A stretch of DNA of 62,996 nucleotides, filler included, from Asterionella formosa (GCA_002256025.1; 14 parts of 14 records of this genome joined end to end with filler, not necessarily neighbours in it), one strand, 5' to 3'. Counted from the whole stretch's first letter, positions 37,401-53,907 are shown. The notes: a model not told the origin generated them from the sequence alone. Numbers and translations are program-made.

Positions 37401-40220
37401 ATATAGGGCCAAGTTATTGTTCACTAAGCAAATGGCATTAACATATATGATAGTGTTTAGGTTATATGAATGATCAATTCAATTTATAATTCTTATGATT
37501 ATATAATCATACAATACTATATGTGTGATAATACAATCATACTTACAATACCATTGTTTTCCGTAATTTGTCAAGCTGTTCATTTCCAGAACCGACAGAT
37601 ATTTCCTTGCTCAGGAGCCATTCTTGAGAAATCCCAAGTTTGAAACTCTTGACGGTTTGCGACCACTAGCCGAAATAGAAAAGACTGAAAAATATACATT
37701 TTCAGATAATTCGGAAAAACAGGGTTCAATGCTTAGGGTTTATTAATTTTAAGCAAGCAAATCGGCTCCTTAATTCACATGTACATAGCTGCCTTTGTCA
37801 TTACGGTAGGAAAGTGAGTAACTGGCATTGGTTTCTTGGTATGCCAACTATGTTCACGTAATATTGGTTTGCTAAATGTAGCATTCCATATCGGTCTACT
37901 ACACTCCTGTCAGCACTAACATGATGTATGGTTTATGAAGGCGCTACCACACATTACTATGGGGCATTACCAGTAGTTTCGACAGCATACTTCACATTTG
38001 TCGGCTTCCACCACTATATACATTGTCAATGGGACACCTGGATGAACAATACCGCAATAGAAGCCATTCATTCAGAATGGAACAATCTTCACTCATAAAA
38101 AGGCACCATTGTGCTACATTGCAACAGGAATGCACCACACTGGCTTCCTTCTTGTCCTTAACATGCTTTCGTCATTGACCTGCAAAGACTTAAATAGCTA
38201 CAGAGTATTGGTAATCCATTTGATATAACTAACTGCAACAGAAAGCAAAACACACGCACATACGCCATTCAACTGTTTCACAGAGCACTTTATTTGGCAT
38301 CAACGCAACAGTATCAGCCAGGCAGCACCAAATTACTCATGCATTCAAAATAACGCTCTCGTTCTGAAATATCCTGCTAAAATATCACATAAATGTAGAG
38401 AACAACAGCAGATCAGTGTGAGGTATCGCTCCCTTTGCTGATTAGATGACAAAAATTTCAGATTAATCTTACCTTAAAAGCCACCATTTGCGGATCTCCA
38501 TGTTGCATCATTTCACCTTCTGCCACTCCTCCTTTCAAAAGAACGTTCTTCCGTTTCTGAAAGAGCCTGTTCAAATGTCAAATAAATGTAGAGAAAAGCA
38601 GTAAATGAGTTATCGCTTGCTTGGGTATATATGATAACAAAATACCAAGCAAATTAATCTTGCTTTAAAAGCATCCATTGTGGATCTCAGTGTCGTTGCA
38701 ACAAAGAATGTGAAATTTGATGATGGAGTTTTTATAGTGAGGCAACTGAAAAGCTGGAAGGGGAAAGCTTGGTAGTAATGGTTGTCCCTGTGTTGGAAAC
38801 ATATTGTTCATTGTAGTGCTGAATGTTGTTGTTACTAACTCAGATTGTAAAAACGCCTGGTGCAGTCATGACTTCCTCATTGTACCACAACAACATACAA
38901 TCTATACCGAAAAACTGGCAACGTCTTGCTTATAGTTTCGTCCGGATAATTTCGAGGCTACATGAGTGTGACTTTGCATAGATATGACAAGAAGGAGAGG
39001 GCACAGCCAATGGTCAGTTCTATTCTTAGCCCATACACTGGATGACCTACTTGACTTCTACTAGAATAATAAGTATACACCTGGAATTTGTATTGAAAAA
39101 ATTAACTGATTGAATTGAACAGTTTATTCTCCATTATTGCAAAATTTTGATTTTTCTTTTCTTTGCAACTTTGAGCAAGTAACCCCTAAAACATTTTAGA
39201 GGAAGGGTGTTCACTCTGGTGCATCATGAAGAAATTATGCATGTCTTCCTCAGTTTTTTTGTGATTCTTACATGCTGGGCAATACAATTTACAAGATATC
39301 GAGAAGACACTTGTAACATGTTGGTTTATTGGTGAGGGATGACAAATGAATGATTTATCCATAAAATTTGAAAAAGTTTTAGGATTTTGCATTGACATTG
39401 AACTTAAACCAATAGAGGAGGCTTGGTGCATCGACATCATATATATTTGTACTGTCCATAAAATGAAATGACAGCACAGTCTGCATGGCCAACAGTGATG
39501 CGGAATTCCGTGGAACAGGAAGTTCAGTCCAGGAAAACTATATTCGGGATTCATAAATGGAAAAGCAATTCCTACAGATGGAGTCTAACCTGCAAGATTA
39601 GCTCATAAGACTGAAACAATTGGAATCAACTATCTTACAAAATCAACCAATGAGAAGGAGTGGATTGAGGAGAAGGAGTGGATTGAGGTTAAGAACAATT
39701 GCAAGAAAGTAATAAGATTCATGATGCAAGATCAATTTTGTAAGACCAAGTTATTTGGCAATATTGACAGAAATAGTAATCTAGTAATCACAAAATTGAA
39801 AGCGGTAAATCAAGAAGGCAGATTAGAGTGTTGTCGAACTACTTAAGTTATTGGAGAACAAGTAATGGATGCTGTACATGTACTATCGAGGAGGTCTGGA
39901 GAATTTCAACATAGATACCTGTACATGAATAACGTACCAGAATTTAACTGGATGTTCGACAGTCCACAATAACTATATATGGATGAGATATTTTCGTGTA
40001 GCTTCCAGTAAAAGACTATGTGTTCCAGTCTGTTGATTTCTATCTGGCTTTCCGTAGCCATTACGTACCATTGGGTAACTGAGAGTCGATTTAAGTTGGA
40101 AAAAACAAAACGTCGACTACTAGTTTCATGACGTACACATGACATACATTTGACCCCTCCTTCTCGATTCCGAATCAAATAACTTTTGATATACACACAT
40201 GTCTAGTAAACTTTATAGCA

Positions 40221-42931
<2,711 letters not shown>

Positions 42932-45299
42932 CGTCGAGTTGAAACTTACAGCTGTGTCAGCTACGGCGGGTTTGTAACAAGCAGACAAACCAAGCCACGG
43001 AATCAGTTTGACTTCTGTAAACCTGCTTCAACTTGGAGGATTCCGCTCCATGACTGACGCCTTGCTTGTCGCCTTCGTCTACCGGCAATCCCCACCCTAG
43101 CTATCGTTTTGCTTTTCGATGAGAACTGTGGGTGTCTAAGTAATTTTGGTACCTTTAAGTAATTTTTTTTTAAGGGGCAATATAAGGGCACAGTGGATTT
43201 TTCGGCAGTCCAATTTTAGGTTTGAGCAGGGACCATCGAGTAACGTAATTAATAGAATTTTCATGGGAAAAAGTTTAGACACCACATGTCAAAAATGCAT
43301 GGACCACCGAATATACCAGTACCGGGTATATGCATGAAAAATAGTCACACAAGCATCGAAAATTCGACACAATGTTGTAAAGCAACCAAAGTATGCAACG
43401 GAAATTGAAAGGTAAGACGTGAAAATGACAAGCAGGTATGACCTTGCATGGGTACTAGCTACCACCACACATCAGCAAAACCACTGGAGCAAAACTCAAC
43501 CAAAGTGCAAAGTAATCTTTGGTCTGGGAAACCACAGTAATACGAACCCAACTATGATAGGAGGTGACCAAGGCAGCATGACAGGAACCAGATAACACAC
43601 TCCACATTGGACAGAGCAACTTAATATCAACGCAATTGGAATATGATGGAAAAACTTAAGACATGATATTATTTCCACTAATACCCTGTCAAAATCCTTG
43701 ATCTTGTGAGAGTAATCACAGTGGATAATTCAATGTAGAGAATGGTAGCATGGGATGTGACTCATTGGTCATGATGAAATAGGCACAAAGAAATAGTCAG
43801 GAATCAACTGTTGGCTGATTTAAATGATCCCTGAGGCAGCAACATGTTCAGATAGTAGGGCGATGTGGGAAAGGTTATGACAGTTACTTTCTGTGCAGCA
43901 GGGGAAGGGGGGGCATAAGATTTCGAAGAGAATTGATCTGTGCCAGCCATGCAGCTGTGTGGCCAACAACCATCAATCAAATCAACTTCCCATTCTTGAA
44001 AAATTCTTGAAAAGAACAAACTCTCCTTCATGATGGGTTCCATGTCATCCATCTGCATCCAGGAGTTATTAATGGTATCATCAACAGGAGCCATTTTTCT
44101 TGTATCAATAACTGAAGTAGAAACACACACGTCATCATCGCTGTCAGTATCAATTACGGGATCCTTTGTACTAGTAGCTGATGGTGTTCCCATCGACAAT
44201 GGGGTATTACCCCCAACGTCTCCCAATCGCCGATTGGGTTGCTTTGGATAATCGCCTATTCGCTTTTTCTTTGTTAACTCATTTTGGTACTTGCTTCTTT
44301 GTTCCATACCGGCAGTATTTGCCACATGTCGCTAGTTTCCATGAACCTCTTTATGGTTTCTTGAAGACATTGTACTACTTGATAACTGTTGTCGTTGTCT
44401 TCCTTAAAGTACCAACAAGACACGTTTAGATTACATCAAATCAACGTTTGGTGGCATGTGCATTAAAAAGTTGAGAGAATGTCAGAATGTAGCTATTGAA
44501 TAATCAATTTAAAGGAATCTTAGGTAAGTTCTTGCAGGGAGATGCACCGAAAGCATGATGTTTTGAGTCGGGGATTATATTCTTATCAAATATGTTTGCT
44601 AACATAATTCATGACACACCAGCTGGTTTAACAGAATATAGCTAACTTCCAGACTATGGATATTGATGAGGAAGCCATGGATACCAAGTCTGGCGTGATG
44701 TTCTTGCTCCGGTGTATTTTATAGGCAGGCAGGACAAGTCGTGGAGAACCATTTTTAACAGGAGACGAATCTGGTGTGGCCAAATTTCAACTCAGTCTTC
44801 GGGCACAGTGTGAATTGCAAACACGTTTTGTTGGTTCGCTGATCAATGCCAGTACAGAAGCATTTTGCTTCTTGGTGCTGAAAGGAAAATTCCGATTACA
44901 ACAAAAATATTTGGGTTTCAATCCAGATACCCATGAAATTTCAGAGAACGATAGCTATTCGTCATTCTACTGATTTTGTCGACATTGGTGGGAAACCACT
45001 TATTAAAAAAAGTGTGAGCAATGGAAGAAAGTTCAGTTTCAAATGGTCTTACTGATCAATGGACTGATGATCTACTCGTTCATTATAAGGAAATCTACAC
45101 TGGACTTTCACAAAAGAATCGATCTGAATATGGAAGGAATCCTAGTGGAATTGCTACTCCCACCGCAAATATCATCTACCCACACTCATACTTCTCATTN
45201 NNNNNNNNNNNNNNNNNNNNNNNNNNNNNNNNNNNNNNNNNNNTTAATTAATTAANNNNNNNNNNNNNNNNNNNNNNNNNNNNNNNNNNNNNNNNNNNN

Positions 45300-46684
45300 G
45301 GAGTAGTTGCCCCCCGCCTCCTTTTTGGGGCTGAGCTGTATGGTATGAACCGTCACCTTACGGACAAAATGCAGGTTCTTCTGAACCGATGCCTTAGGGC
45401 TAGCATTGGAGCCAGGAGGGCAGGGGATGTGCCATCAGTAGGCCTGTGGAAGGAGGCACGGATGTTGCCAATGTGTGCCTTGGCGGGTGCCCGCCGGGCC
45501 AGAGCTTATGCCAAGGCCTCGGGTCTCAAAACCTGGCTTCAGGAATTGGTCCTAAGACCATTCCGAAGTCAGAAATGGACATGGTGCTCGGGGGTTCCGC
45601 GCTGGCTGAAACGCTATGCGCTCCCCCATGCACCGGTGTCTATTGTGGAGAGGTACTTGGGTGCTGGATGGCAGCGCCTGGAACCAAAGGTACTGGCTGA
45701 GGTAGTGAAAGCATGCATTTTGGAGAGAGAGTGTGGGATCCGACGGAACTTGACTCGTCCGTCGGGGGCCCGCACAGTGTGGTATGAGGGAGCCGGATTT
45801 GACAAGCATCCACTCACACGGTCACGTGTGGGGGGCAGTCCCAAAGACCAAGCAGGACTGGCTTTGATAGTTCGGTGTCGGATTGGGGCATTTGTAACTG
45901 TCCCCACCTTGGTGGGGTGGAAGCGAATGCCTCATAGGTATTTGAGGAAGTGTCCATTTTGTGGTATGGATGAACCAGAAACGCTGGAACACTTAGTGTT
46001 CACGTGTGGTCGGTGGCGTGTTCTACGTACCGAGCCACACATGGCAGAATTGATCGCGAAAGTTCGGACGTTAGGGCCGAATTTCGCCCTCGGTTTTGAC
46101 CAACAACGGTTGGCATGGCTCCTCGGAGGGAGTTGTGACAACCGCTGGGTACATGGATGGATGATGGGTGAACCAACCGGAGTCACAGCACAGCAAAACT
46201 GTGACTCTTCGGTTGACAGCTCATCATCCAATGGGGACGGTAGCCAGATGGAACGGAACCCGGCAGGGGCCACCACCCTTGCCAGGTTCCTGATGAGCGT
46301 TGTTAGCCTTCGTGCTAACATAATCAGGTCCCATTGGGGGTCTTACGCAAGTGAGGCATTTGACGGGGTCCCACACACCTCCACGGGCCAACGCCCCGAC
46401 GGGTAGGGCAGACCGCGTACTGGTCAAGACTGGGGCTGCACACAGGTTTTTAGTGAGTGAAAGTCTCACACTACCTCGCCCAGGTGAGAGGGGCGGGGTG
46501 CCTCACCGGACACTGGGACATGATTGGATGACGGGGTGCCTCAAAAACATTCCTGAACACATGAACTGGTGGGAGGAGTTCGAATCCTCCCATGATGCCC
46601 CCCAAGCACCCCACATCGATGGGGCAGGCGGGCAAAGCGGCCGGATAAGTTTTCTCCTGGCGCCTTGGAACAGCCAAAAAAAAA
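45300..46684 (+). mobile_element. 3' part of a non-LTR retrotransposon with poly(A) tail
   Basis: Open frame from the contig edge (GVVAPRLLFGAELYG, RT thumb) to stop at 46406. Zinc knuckle CPFCGMDEPETLEHLVFTC, ~270-nt 3' UTR, A-run at 46676-46684. Confidence 0.85.
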
Positions 46685-49600
46685 NNNNNNNNNNNNNNNN
46701 NNNNNNNNNNNNNNNNNNNNNNNNNNNNTTAATTAATTAANNNNNNNNNNNNNNNNNNNNNNNNNNNNNNNNNNNNNNNNNNNNGGATGCAAAGAAGAAA
46801 TAGCCTAATACATACATGACAATACTATGCATCCATAGTATTAATAAGTAGTCTAGTGATTATAGGAATAACATATGTAACCATCAATCATATGCTTCCA
46901 AATATGTTTGTAGAATCATCTGAGGGCGAGAGTTACATTCAAACATAAACAGGAGCAAGGCCAATTTCCATTGATTTCTGGCTGGGAGAAGGAAAAAAAT
47001 CCCTCCTGCCCTGTGTGCAAGAAATAGTAGGATGCTCCCTACAAGCAGCTTGTGCTGCCTTCCTAGGCAGTCGGAATTTCCCCTAACTCTGCAGCTAAGA
47101 CAATAACCTTTCGCAAAAGGCGGTTGGGGACTCACCTACACTAACACAACTAGGAAGCACAGGTCTTGTCAGCAGGTAGCACAATGAATATACTTGCAGC
47201 CTATTTATACTAGAGAAAGGGGAGTACCAATGGGCTGTAGAACTTAATCTCCTTTTTAGTCTTTATTAAAATCGCCTTTATCCTTGGCTACACATTTCAA
47301 TGTAATGTAATATCATGCTCACAATTTATTTTTCTATGAGAGGTGATTCTAGCTGTGGTTGGTTCTTGTTGGCTGACAGTGGCGAGATCTTCCAGTGCCA
47401 GTTACTACTGCCATCATGGTGCTTGCGTGGTTTTTGGTTGTTGTTTGTAGTTGGCGCTTTGTGAAAGAAGTCTTTTCCTTGATTTCGTAGATGCCATTGC
47501 TATTGTGGTGCTTGTTTTGTTATGATGATGTCATGTGATGCTTTGGGTGGCATTTCCATTTTGGCACTTGCTCATTGTCAGACAAAGTGGGCGCTTTCAA
47601 CCTGTTGATTGGCGTTTTTTGTAAATTTACAATAGCTGCATTTAATCATAATAGACAAACTCCTTTGATTTCTTTCTGTAAAATACTCACACTTGTGGTG
47701 GCATGACATCATTTCATACTTCGAGGTCAACAGCATGACTGTGGAAAAGTGGAGCATCATGGTGATGATACTTAGTATATATCATATTTGTAAATTCTCA
47801 TACATAATGTCTCTATGTCAAAACATAGTTCCAGATCTATGAGTCCAAAACAAGAATATATAATTGCTACTTTGCGATTTTCAACTTCTTCATCATCTCT
47901 CAGCCAATCTTGGTCACATTTTGGATATGTTTGATGCTGACCTGTTACCATTGAAGATCCATGTTACAGTGTGATTTATTTTAGTGATACAAAATTATTT
48001 GGAGAATGGAGCATTTTCAGTTCTACCAGTACCAGGGTACCACCTAAAAACTGAGAGTCAATGTTTGGAAGATTTTGAACTTAGAGTCAACGTTGAAGCG
48101 GGTAAATTCACGTTTTGGGCTAAATATGCTAGATACGAACATAATAATTCAAGCTATGTTGCTTGTAGNNNNNNNNNNNNNNNNNNNNNNNNNNNNNNNN
48201 NNNNNNNNNNNNTTAATTAATTAANNNNNNNNNNNNNNNNNNNNNNNNNNNNNNNNNNNNNNNNNNNNGAGACAAAGTTCATTCAAGACAGTATTGACCT
48301 CGAGAGCCCCTTCGGTCGCTCCTATTACATGACAAGATACAATGGGAGTATAAGAATGATGAGCGATGCAACGACTGCAGCGAAAAAATGCGAGGAGTCT
48401 TTGATGGAACCAACAAGATAAAATTGAAGTGATTCCACCAGTATAAGAAAGATGCGGCTTCTGGCTGCGAAAAAAATGCAAACGATAAAATATTTTCTAA
48501 ATATCCATTGCCTATAAAAACCTTCATGTATGATGTTAAAATTCAATCAATGGCTTTGAGCCACTTTGGCCGTTTTTGTCACTTTTAAAATGGATAGATC
48601 TCAGTTAAAATATGTTCAAGTAAAGAAATGATCTAATTCTCATGAAGCTTCTTAATGAACTAACCAATATCGTGCCAAAGGGCGAAAGAGGGGATCGATT
48701 TTAGCATACTTCTAGAATTAGTCGAAAAAAATAGAATATTGTGGCTCAAAGCCATTTTTAACTGGTACCTGGTTTCTGGTACTGCTATGTTACAATAAAC
48801 TGTGCATACCACACATTCTGTAGAATAACTGCATATACTCCGAAAAAACTTGTGGTATCATTATTGTATCTCTGTTTCGAATTGTCCAAAGCTTTGGTTT
48901 TTTTTAAACATTCATAGCCCCTTTTTTGTCAAGAATATTAGTTTGATTCACAGGGAGTGTGGACTCAATTGTAATCCAACGAGTCAAATCTTGCATTGCC
49001 ACATCAATCAGCCATCATACCAGGTATCATGGAAAGAAGAGGTGCCTATCATCATGGTCAGATGGAGGTACCATTCAACTTGAGCACTACATAGTAGGTA
49101 CACCTGTAGACTCATAGTTACCTTTTGAGTGTAGTAATTCAGTATGCTCTTCACTTTCCCACCACATGTGCAGAACTGTACATGATCCTCAAAGCATTAT
49201 TATTTGCATGTGGAATGGTTTTGGCTAGTGAAAACAGGAGTAGAATCTTTGGCACAAAAGACACATAGTTAACTACTTTCATTTAGGTCAAGATTGTCAA
49301 AGGCAGGGTAATTTTTGAGACATGTATCATTCCCAGCAATTCCACTCACAGATTTAAACGGTTTCTTTACGTGCGTTTAATCCAGTCGTATGCATGAGAG
49401 CAAGATACTGCTAAGTCATTTATTCGAATGACATACGGAACTCAATCTTGACCATCTCTTTTTGAGGTTACTTCGTTTTCTTTGTAGGTTTTCAAGATGT
49501 GAAGACATATTCCCACGTGATGGAGTTCCGCAGTGTGTAGCAATGACCGAATGATCGAAGGGCTGACGTAGCGGTAATATGGCTGAATCAAAGATTTAGA

Positions 49601-49752
49601 TACCTTTATCCCAGATTAAATTGTTTATTTAAGCAAACTACCGGTACCACAANNNNNNNNNNNNNNNNNNNNNNNNNNNNNNNNNNNNNNNNNNNNTTAA
49701 TTAATTAANNNNNNNNNNNNNNNNNNNNNNNNNNNNNNNNNNNNNNNNNNNN

Positions 49753-51136
49753 AGCTGGTGTTGTGAGTAACATTTATTGTTGCTAAGATGCATAGCAAAT
49801 CGACCGAAACCTCCATATCCAAACGAAATACACCGTGCCTCCATGCCAAGGTATAAGTCTGCGAAGACAGGATAAAAGTCAGTAGCATTACCAATGTGAC
49901 CATCAATATGAAGATTTTTCAGATGAATATCTGGTCGAGCCACTACTGTCACCTGTGAGAGAATTTCATCTGTTTGCTTGTCCACTTCATCCTTGCTTAT
50001 TTCCTCATGCTGGCTACCACCATGACTATGTTGTTGTAGGTAATCTGCCAAGTAATTTGCATCGGACATAAAATAAATTGGTTCCTCGTCATTTCTAGTC
50101 AACTTTCTTGCACATTGAATCGAATGGAGCCCAATGTCAACAGCGAATTTCTTTCCGTCTCCATCAAAAACAATGCCACTATCACCTTTATCAAAGCCAT
50201 GTTTATTGAACTTCGCTGGATCATCAGTGGACTTGAGATGAAGGCCTTTACTCTTTGCCTCGAACACCAATTTAGGATAATGCAATCGTACATGGATTGC
50301 AGTGTACCTTCCTTTGGTCAAATTCATGGCCTTTCTGCTTGCCTGAAGATAGCGTTCAAGGCCAGGAGATGGCTTAAACATTTCATGCCAGATCCACCCA
50401 AATGTGGGTGTTGTATGTATCATGTCAGCTTCCCCTAACACTCTCAGATTTCTCTCCAATAAATACTCCCCATTATGAGCCACTGCATAATATGTAAGAA
50501 CTGGAATGCTATGATTCATGCCGCGGTGAATGGCATTGGGAACCATCTCATTCCAAAAGTCATCTTTCCAAGGTTGTGCCTGTAAATCAAAAATGTTTGG
50601 TGCCTTCGATAATAAGAGTCGAATATTTTTTCGGCGAATATCGAGGCTCCAATTCATACGATTGGGAACAAGAAAAGTCTCAAGGGACATGGGGGCCTCC
50701 CATACATAGAGGAGAAGCCGTCTTGTTTGGTTGGCCATGTATAAATCAAATGGAAGTGACCCAAGGCGATCATGGAGTCCTCCATATCTGGTTGTCCTCC
50801 TATTTTCCAAGGTCTTTTTGCTGATTCGGCAATATACAACAAGCAGGGGTGGAAAGACTGCCGCACTGTTACCGTTGAACGCAGGATGCGTCGCTCGTAG
50901 TTCCTTGTGCCATTTCAAATAGTCAGTGATCCATTTTGGTGCTTCCCACCCTTTCAAACTCTGACTCCAAGGATAATCCATGTCGTCTTCGATCACCACG
51001 ACTTTCTTGTTACCTACAACTTCCACCCCTTCTGTGTAATTCGCTCGCATCTCGTTGATAGAGTGTCTTGATATAATCGCATAGTTAAAAAGCAGCATTG
51101 TGATAATGGTGATTCCGAAATACAATTTGACCACCG
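49753..51136 (-). CDS. Partial type II membrane fucosyltransferase-like (GT-B) protein
   Basis: Open across the whole contig. N-terminal TM segment; GGLHDRL, YTAIHVR, IYFMSD, ADLYL and GGFGRFA resemble GDP-fucose transferase motifs. Confidence 0.7.
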
Positions 51137-51236
51137 NNNNNNNNNNNNNNNNNNNNNNNNNNNNNNNNNNNNNNNNNNNNTTAATTAATTAANNNNNNNN
51201 NNNNNNNNNNNNNNNNNNNNNNNNNNNNNNNNNNNN

Positions 51237-51303
51237 AACCCTAACCCTAACCCTAACCCTAACCCTAACCCTAACCCTAACCCTAACCCTAACCCTAACC
51301 CTA
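51237..51303 (+). repeat. Telomeric repeat (CCCTAA)n, ~11 units, at contig start
   Basis: Perfect TTAGGG-complement array running off the contig end. Confidence 0.95.
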
Positions 51304-52260
51304 TATGCCACCCTCTACTTTGCAATTCACGAGATACAAACCATCCCAATGTTTCCACAAATATCCTTCTACAGAAGGTATATTGATGATTGCTTCATAA
51401 TCTGGGTCCCTACATCAACTTCCAATATCGAGGATAACAAAACACACAACTCGTTTCTCAACTCGATGAATACCTTTGGCATACTTAAATGGAATGCAGA
51501 ACCACGACAGTTATCTACAACTTTCCTGGATCTCACAATCTCTATCAATAAACACACCCGCTCTATTGATACCACACTTTTTGAAAAATCCTTGAATCCC
51601 TATCTCTATATACCACAACATAGTGCACACCCTCCTGGTGTCCTTCGCGGTCTTATTGCTGGAATGATTCACCGGATCTACCATCTAACAACAATTGACA
51701 CACATTTCAAAACTGCAATCCACTCTTTTTACAAACGCCTACAACTCCGAGGTTATTCGGATAAAACCCTTCTACCCATTTTTAACACATACATCAAACA
51801 GCTATATGTTAACAAATCGAACAAAACCAACACGGCCACTCAGAGAACAGACACACATACAGAACAATGCGTGTTCCTCCACATGCCATTTCATCCGAAT
51901 AATCCCCCCTCATCTCACATTCAACAAATTTTCAGAGACACTATACTCTCCCCGGGTAAAGAACCAATTCTTACCACCCTACGGAACTTCTCCGGAAAAC
52001 AATGTACCATCCAACGGTTGATAATCGCTTATAATCGCCCTAAAAACATTGGGAATTATACATCACCACGGAAATTGAGATCGGACACCACTTCAGTAAG
52101 TACTCACTTACTTACGATACAACTTGATACTACACGGGATACATCAACCTCTACGAGGTCCATGCTACCTTCCCCTCCTACTATCAATACTGCCTCCACT
52201 CCTGGTGTAATTTCACAGCCAACCACGCCTGCCCAACCCCCCGCACACACCATGACTTAA
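51304..52260 (+). CDS. 5'-truncated Penelope-like reverse transcriptase without GIY-YIG endonuclease
   Basis: YATLYFAIHE (just after motif B'), YRRYIDDCF, FLDLTI, LFEKSLNPYLYIPQHSAHP and IAYNRPKNIG, then an S/T/P-rich tail and stop; no GIY-YIG motif. Confidence 0.9.
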   Translation, partial: YATLYFAIHEIQTIPMFPQISFYRRYIDDCFIIWVPTSTSNIEDNKTHNSFLNSMNTFGILKWNAEPRQLSTTFLDLTISINKHTRSIDTTLFEKSLNPYLYIPQHSAHPPGVLRGLIAGMIHRIYHLTTIDTHFKTAIHSFYKRLQLRGYSDKTLLPIFNTYIKQLYVNKSNKTNTATQRTDTHTEQCVFLHMPFHPNNPPSSHIQQIFRDTILSPGKEPILTTLRNFSGKQCTIQRLIIAYNRPKNIGNYTSPRKLRSDTTSVSTHLLTIQLDTTRDTSTSTRSMLPSPPTINTASTPGVISQPTTPAQPPAHTMT

Positions 52261-52269
52261 ATAAAACAA

Positions 52270-52353
52270 GACTACAGATTCAAGCCAACTGATGAAGCCC
52301 CTTCAGGCGAAAAGTAACATTAGTCTCATTACTTTTTGGCAACTTAAGTAGTC
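52270..52353 (+). ncRNA. Type I hammerhead ribozyme
   Basis: GACTAC..GCCAA-CUGAUGA-A-GCC(CCUUCA)GGC-GAA-AAGUAA(loop)UUACUU-U-UUGGC..GUAGUC. All three stems pair; predicted cleavage after 52335. Confidence 0.85.
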
Positions 52354-52398
52354 ACCCCATCGTCGCTTGGATAATAGTCATTGTAGCCCTCACACATA

Positions 52399-52428
52399 CC
52401 CTAATCCTAACCCTAACCCTAACCCTAA
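52399..52428 (+). repeat. Internal telomeric tract (CCCTAA x5, one variant) at the 3' end of the PLE
   Basis: CCCTAA TCCTAA CCCTAA CCCTAA CCCTAA. Confidence 0.9.
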
Positions 52429-53907
52429 TGTGTACCTTTCACCCTGATATTATAGCCTGCGAGATTTCGCCTCATGTTTGTTTGATGCTTCCTTCTTCGC
52501 TTCTCCACACAATCTTGTCCTTGCCTTACTGTTGTGATTATTCTGCGCACTAAACACAATATACAACAAGCAGCAGTATGAAAGAAGACAGCAAGGAAGT
52601 CAAGAAAGGCAGCCAATATNNNNNNNNNNNNNNNNNNNNNNNNNNNNNNNNNNNNNNNNNNNNTTAATTAATTAANNNNNNNNNNNNNNNNNNNNNNNNN
52701 NNNNNNNNNNNNNNNNNNNCTCCAGATTCAAATTCCAAAAAACAAGATTGTGATCATGAAAACTCTGAAGGCCCTGGAGGATATTCTTGACAATGTCAAC
52801 TATCTCCGAGCGACTCCTTGTTTGGTAGCTTATCCCCGAGATTCCCACCACAGCATAGCTCTTGCACCATTTATGAATATGATCAAAATGCTGAGACATT
52901 TGCAATACACGGGCAATTACTTGCTTTATTTGATTGATTGCCTGCCTAAGTTGAAGCGAAAGGCTCTTGGAAATTAATGGATCAAACTTGCAGAGACAAA
53001 ACACTTTCAGAACATAGTTAGCAAGTAAACCCTCGCTGTGTGAACGAGCTCGACTTCATCACCCGACAATGACGATGCCCTTTCGATTTCTCGCTCACCT
53101 TCATGTGACATTGTTCAGTGCAACAATGGACTTGACAAGCTCGAAGCAAGACGTGAAGTTTTTCCCGCTGAGTAGTCCAAAGTAGTCCCAAGGAATGGTG
53201 GTTGCTTCGCCATGACTCCAACGAGGACTGCGTTGTCTCCCCCCAACCGCTCGACAAGTTCGTACGTTGCGCACACGGTGGGTGAGGAGTTGTACTCATC
53301 TATGCGAGAATTGGCGGAGACAGCTGCTTAGATTGTTGAGACATCTTCGATCTATCAAAACTCACGTGCAGTTTACGGTAGATCTTTAAGAAGTATTCAA
53401 GTGCCACTCTTTCCGTTTCAAGTGGAAGATTGGCAGCTTCGAAGATGTGAACAGGAGCTGAAATCAGGATCATCTTAAGGAGCATTGTGGTGAGATTGTA
53501 AGTTGTAATATATGCCTCCCCTTCAGGGTGATTGCTACGTAAATCATCAATGAAGGCATCCTCTAGACTTGACCGCGAGCTGTAAGGAGTACATACAGAA
53601 AGCCAACAGCATAAATATCCCCACTCTCACAAAAGTAGGAACTCTCCTTCGACACTTCCTCTACCACCTGGTTCAAGCCTTGTTATTTCAAACAATTCAA
53701 GAATTCAGGCTATGTCATCGACGTCTGTTTACCACTGAACTCGGTAATAAAAGCCAGAATCTGTTTAGCTGTCAAAAGAATTTGCATCCGAACACATTTT
53801 CCTAATGGACCACAGAAAACTCTGATTAAAAACTGGTATAGATGATTGCGGGCTCTTGATGCCCTTATGTCTTCATCCTTCACTCAGCTGAAAAAGGATT
53901 CACCTTC

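Noticed and set aside
44550..45199. EnSpm/Plavaka-like transposase remnant
   Set aside because: Only a short VLAPVYFI-like resemblance amid stops; cannot be supported without a search.
46290..46320. Other CTGATGA sites as hammerheads (also ~94, ~5517, ~57925)
   Set aside because: No stem II followed by GAAA and no closing stems.
52720..53485. Protein kinase pseudogene on the minus strand (ILQGLQSFHDHNLVF)
   Set aside because: Only a weak subdomain-VI resemblance with catalytic residues missing; insufficient support.
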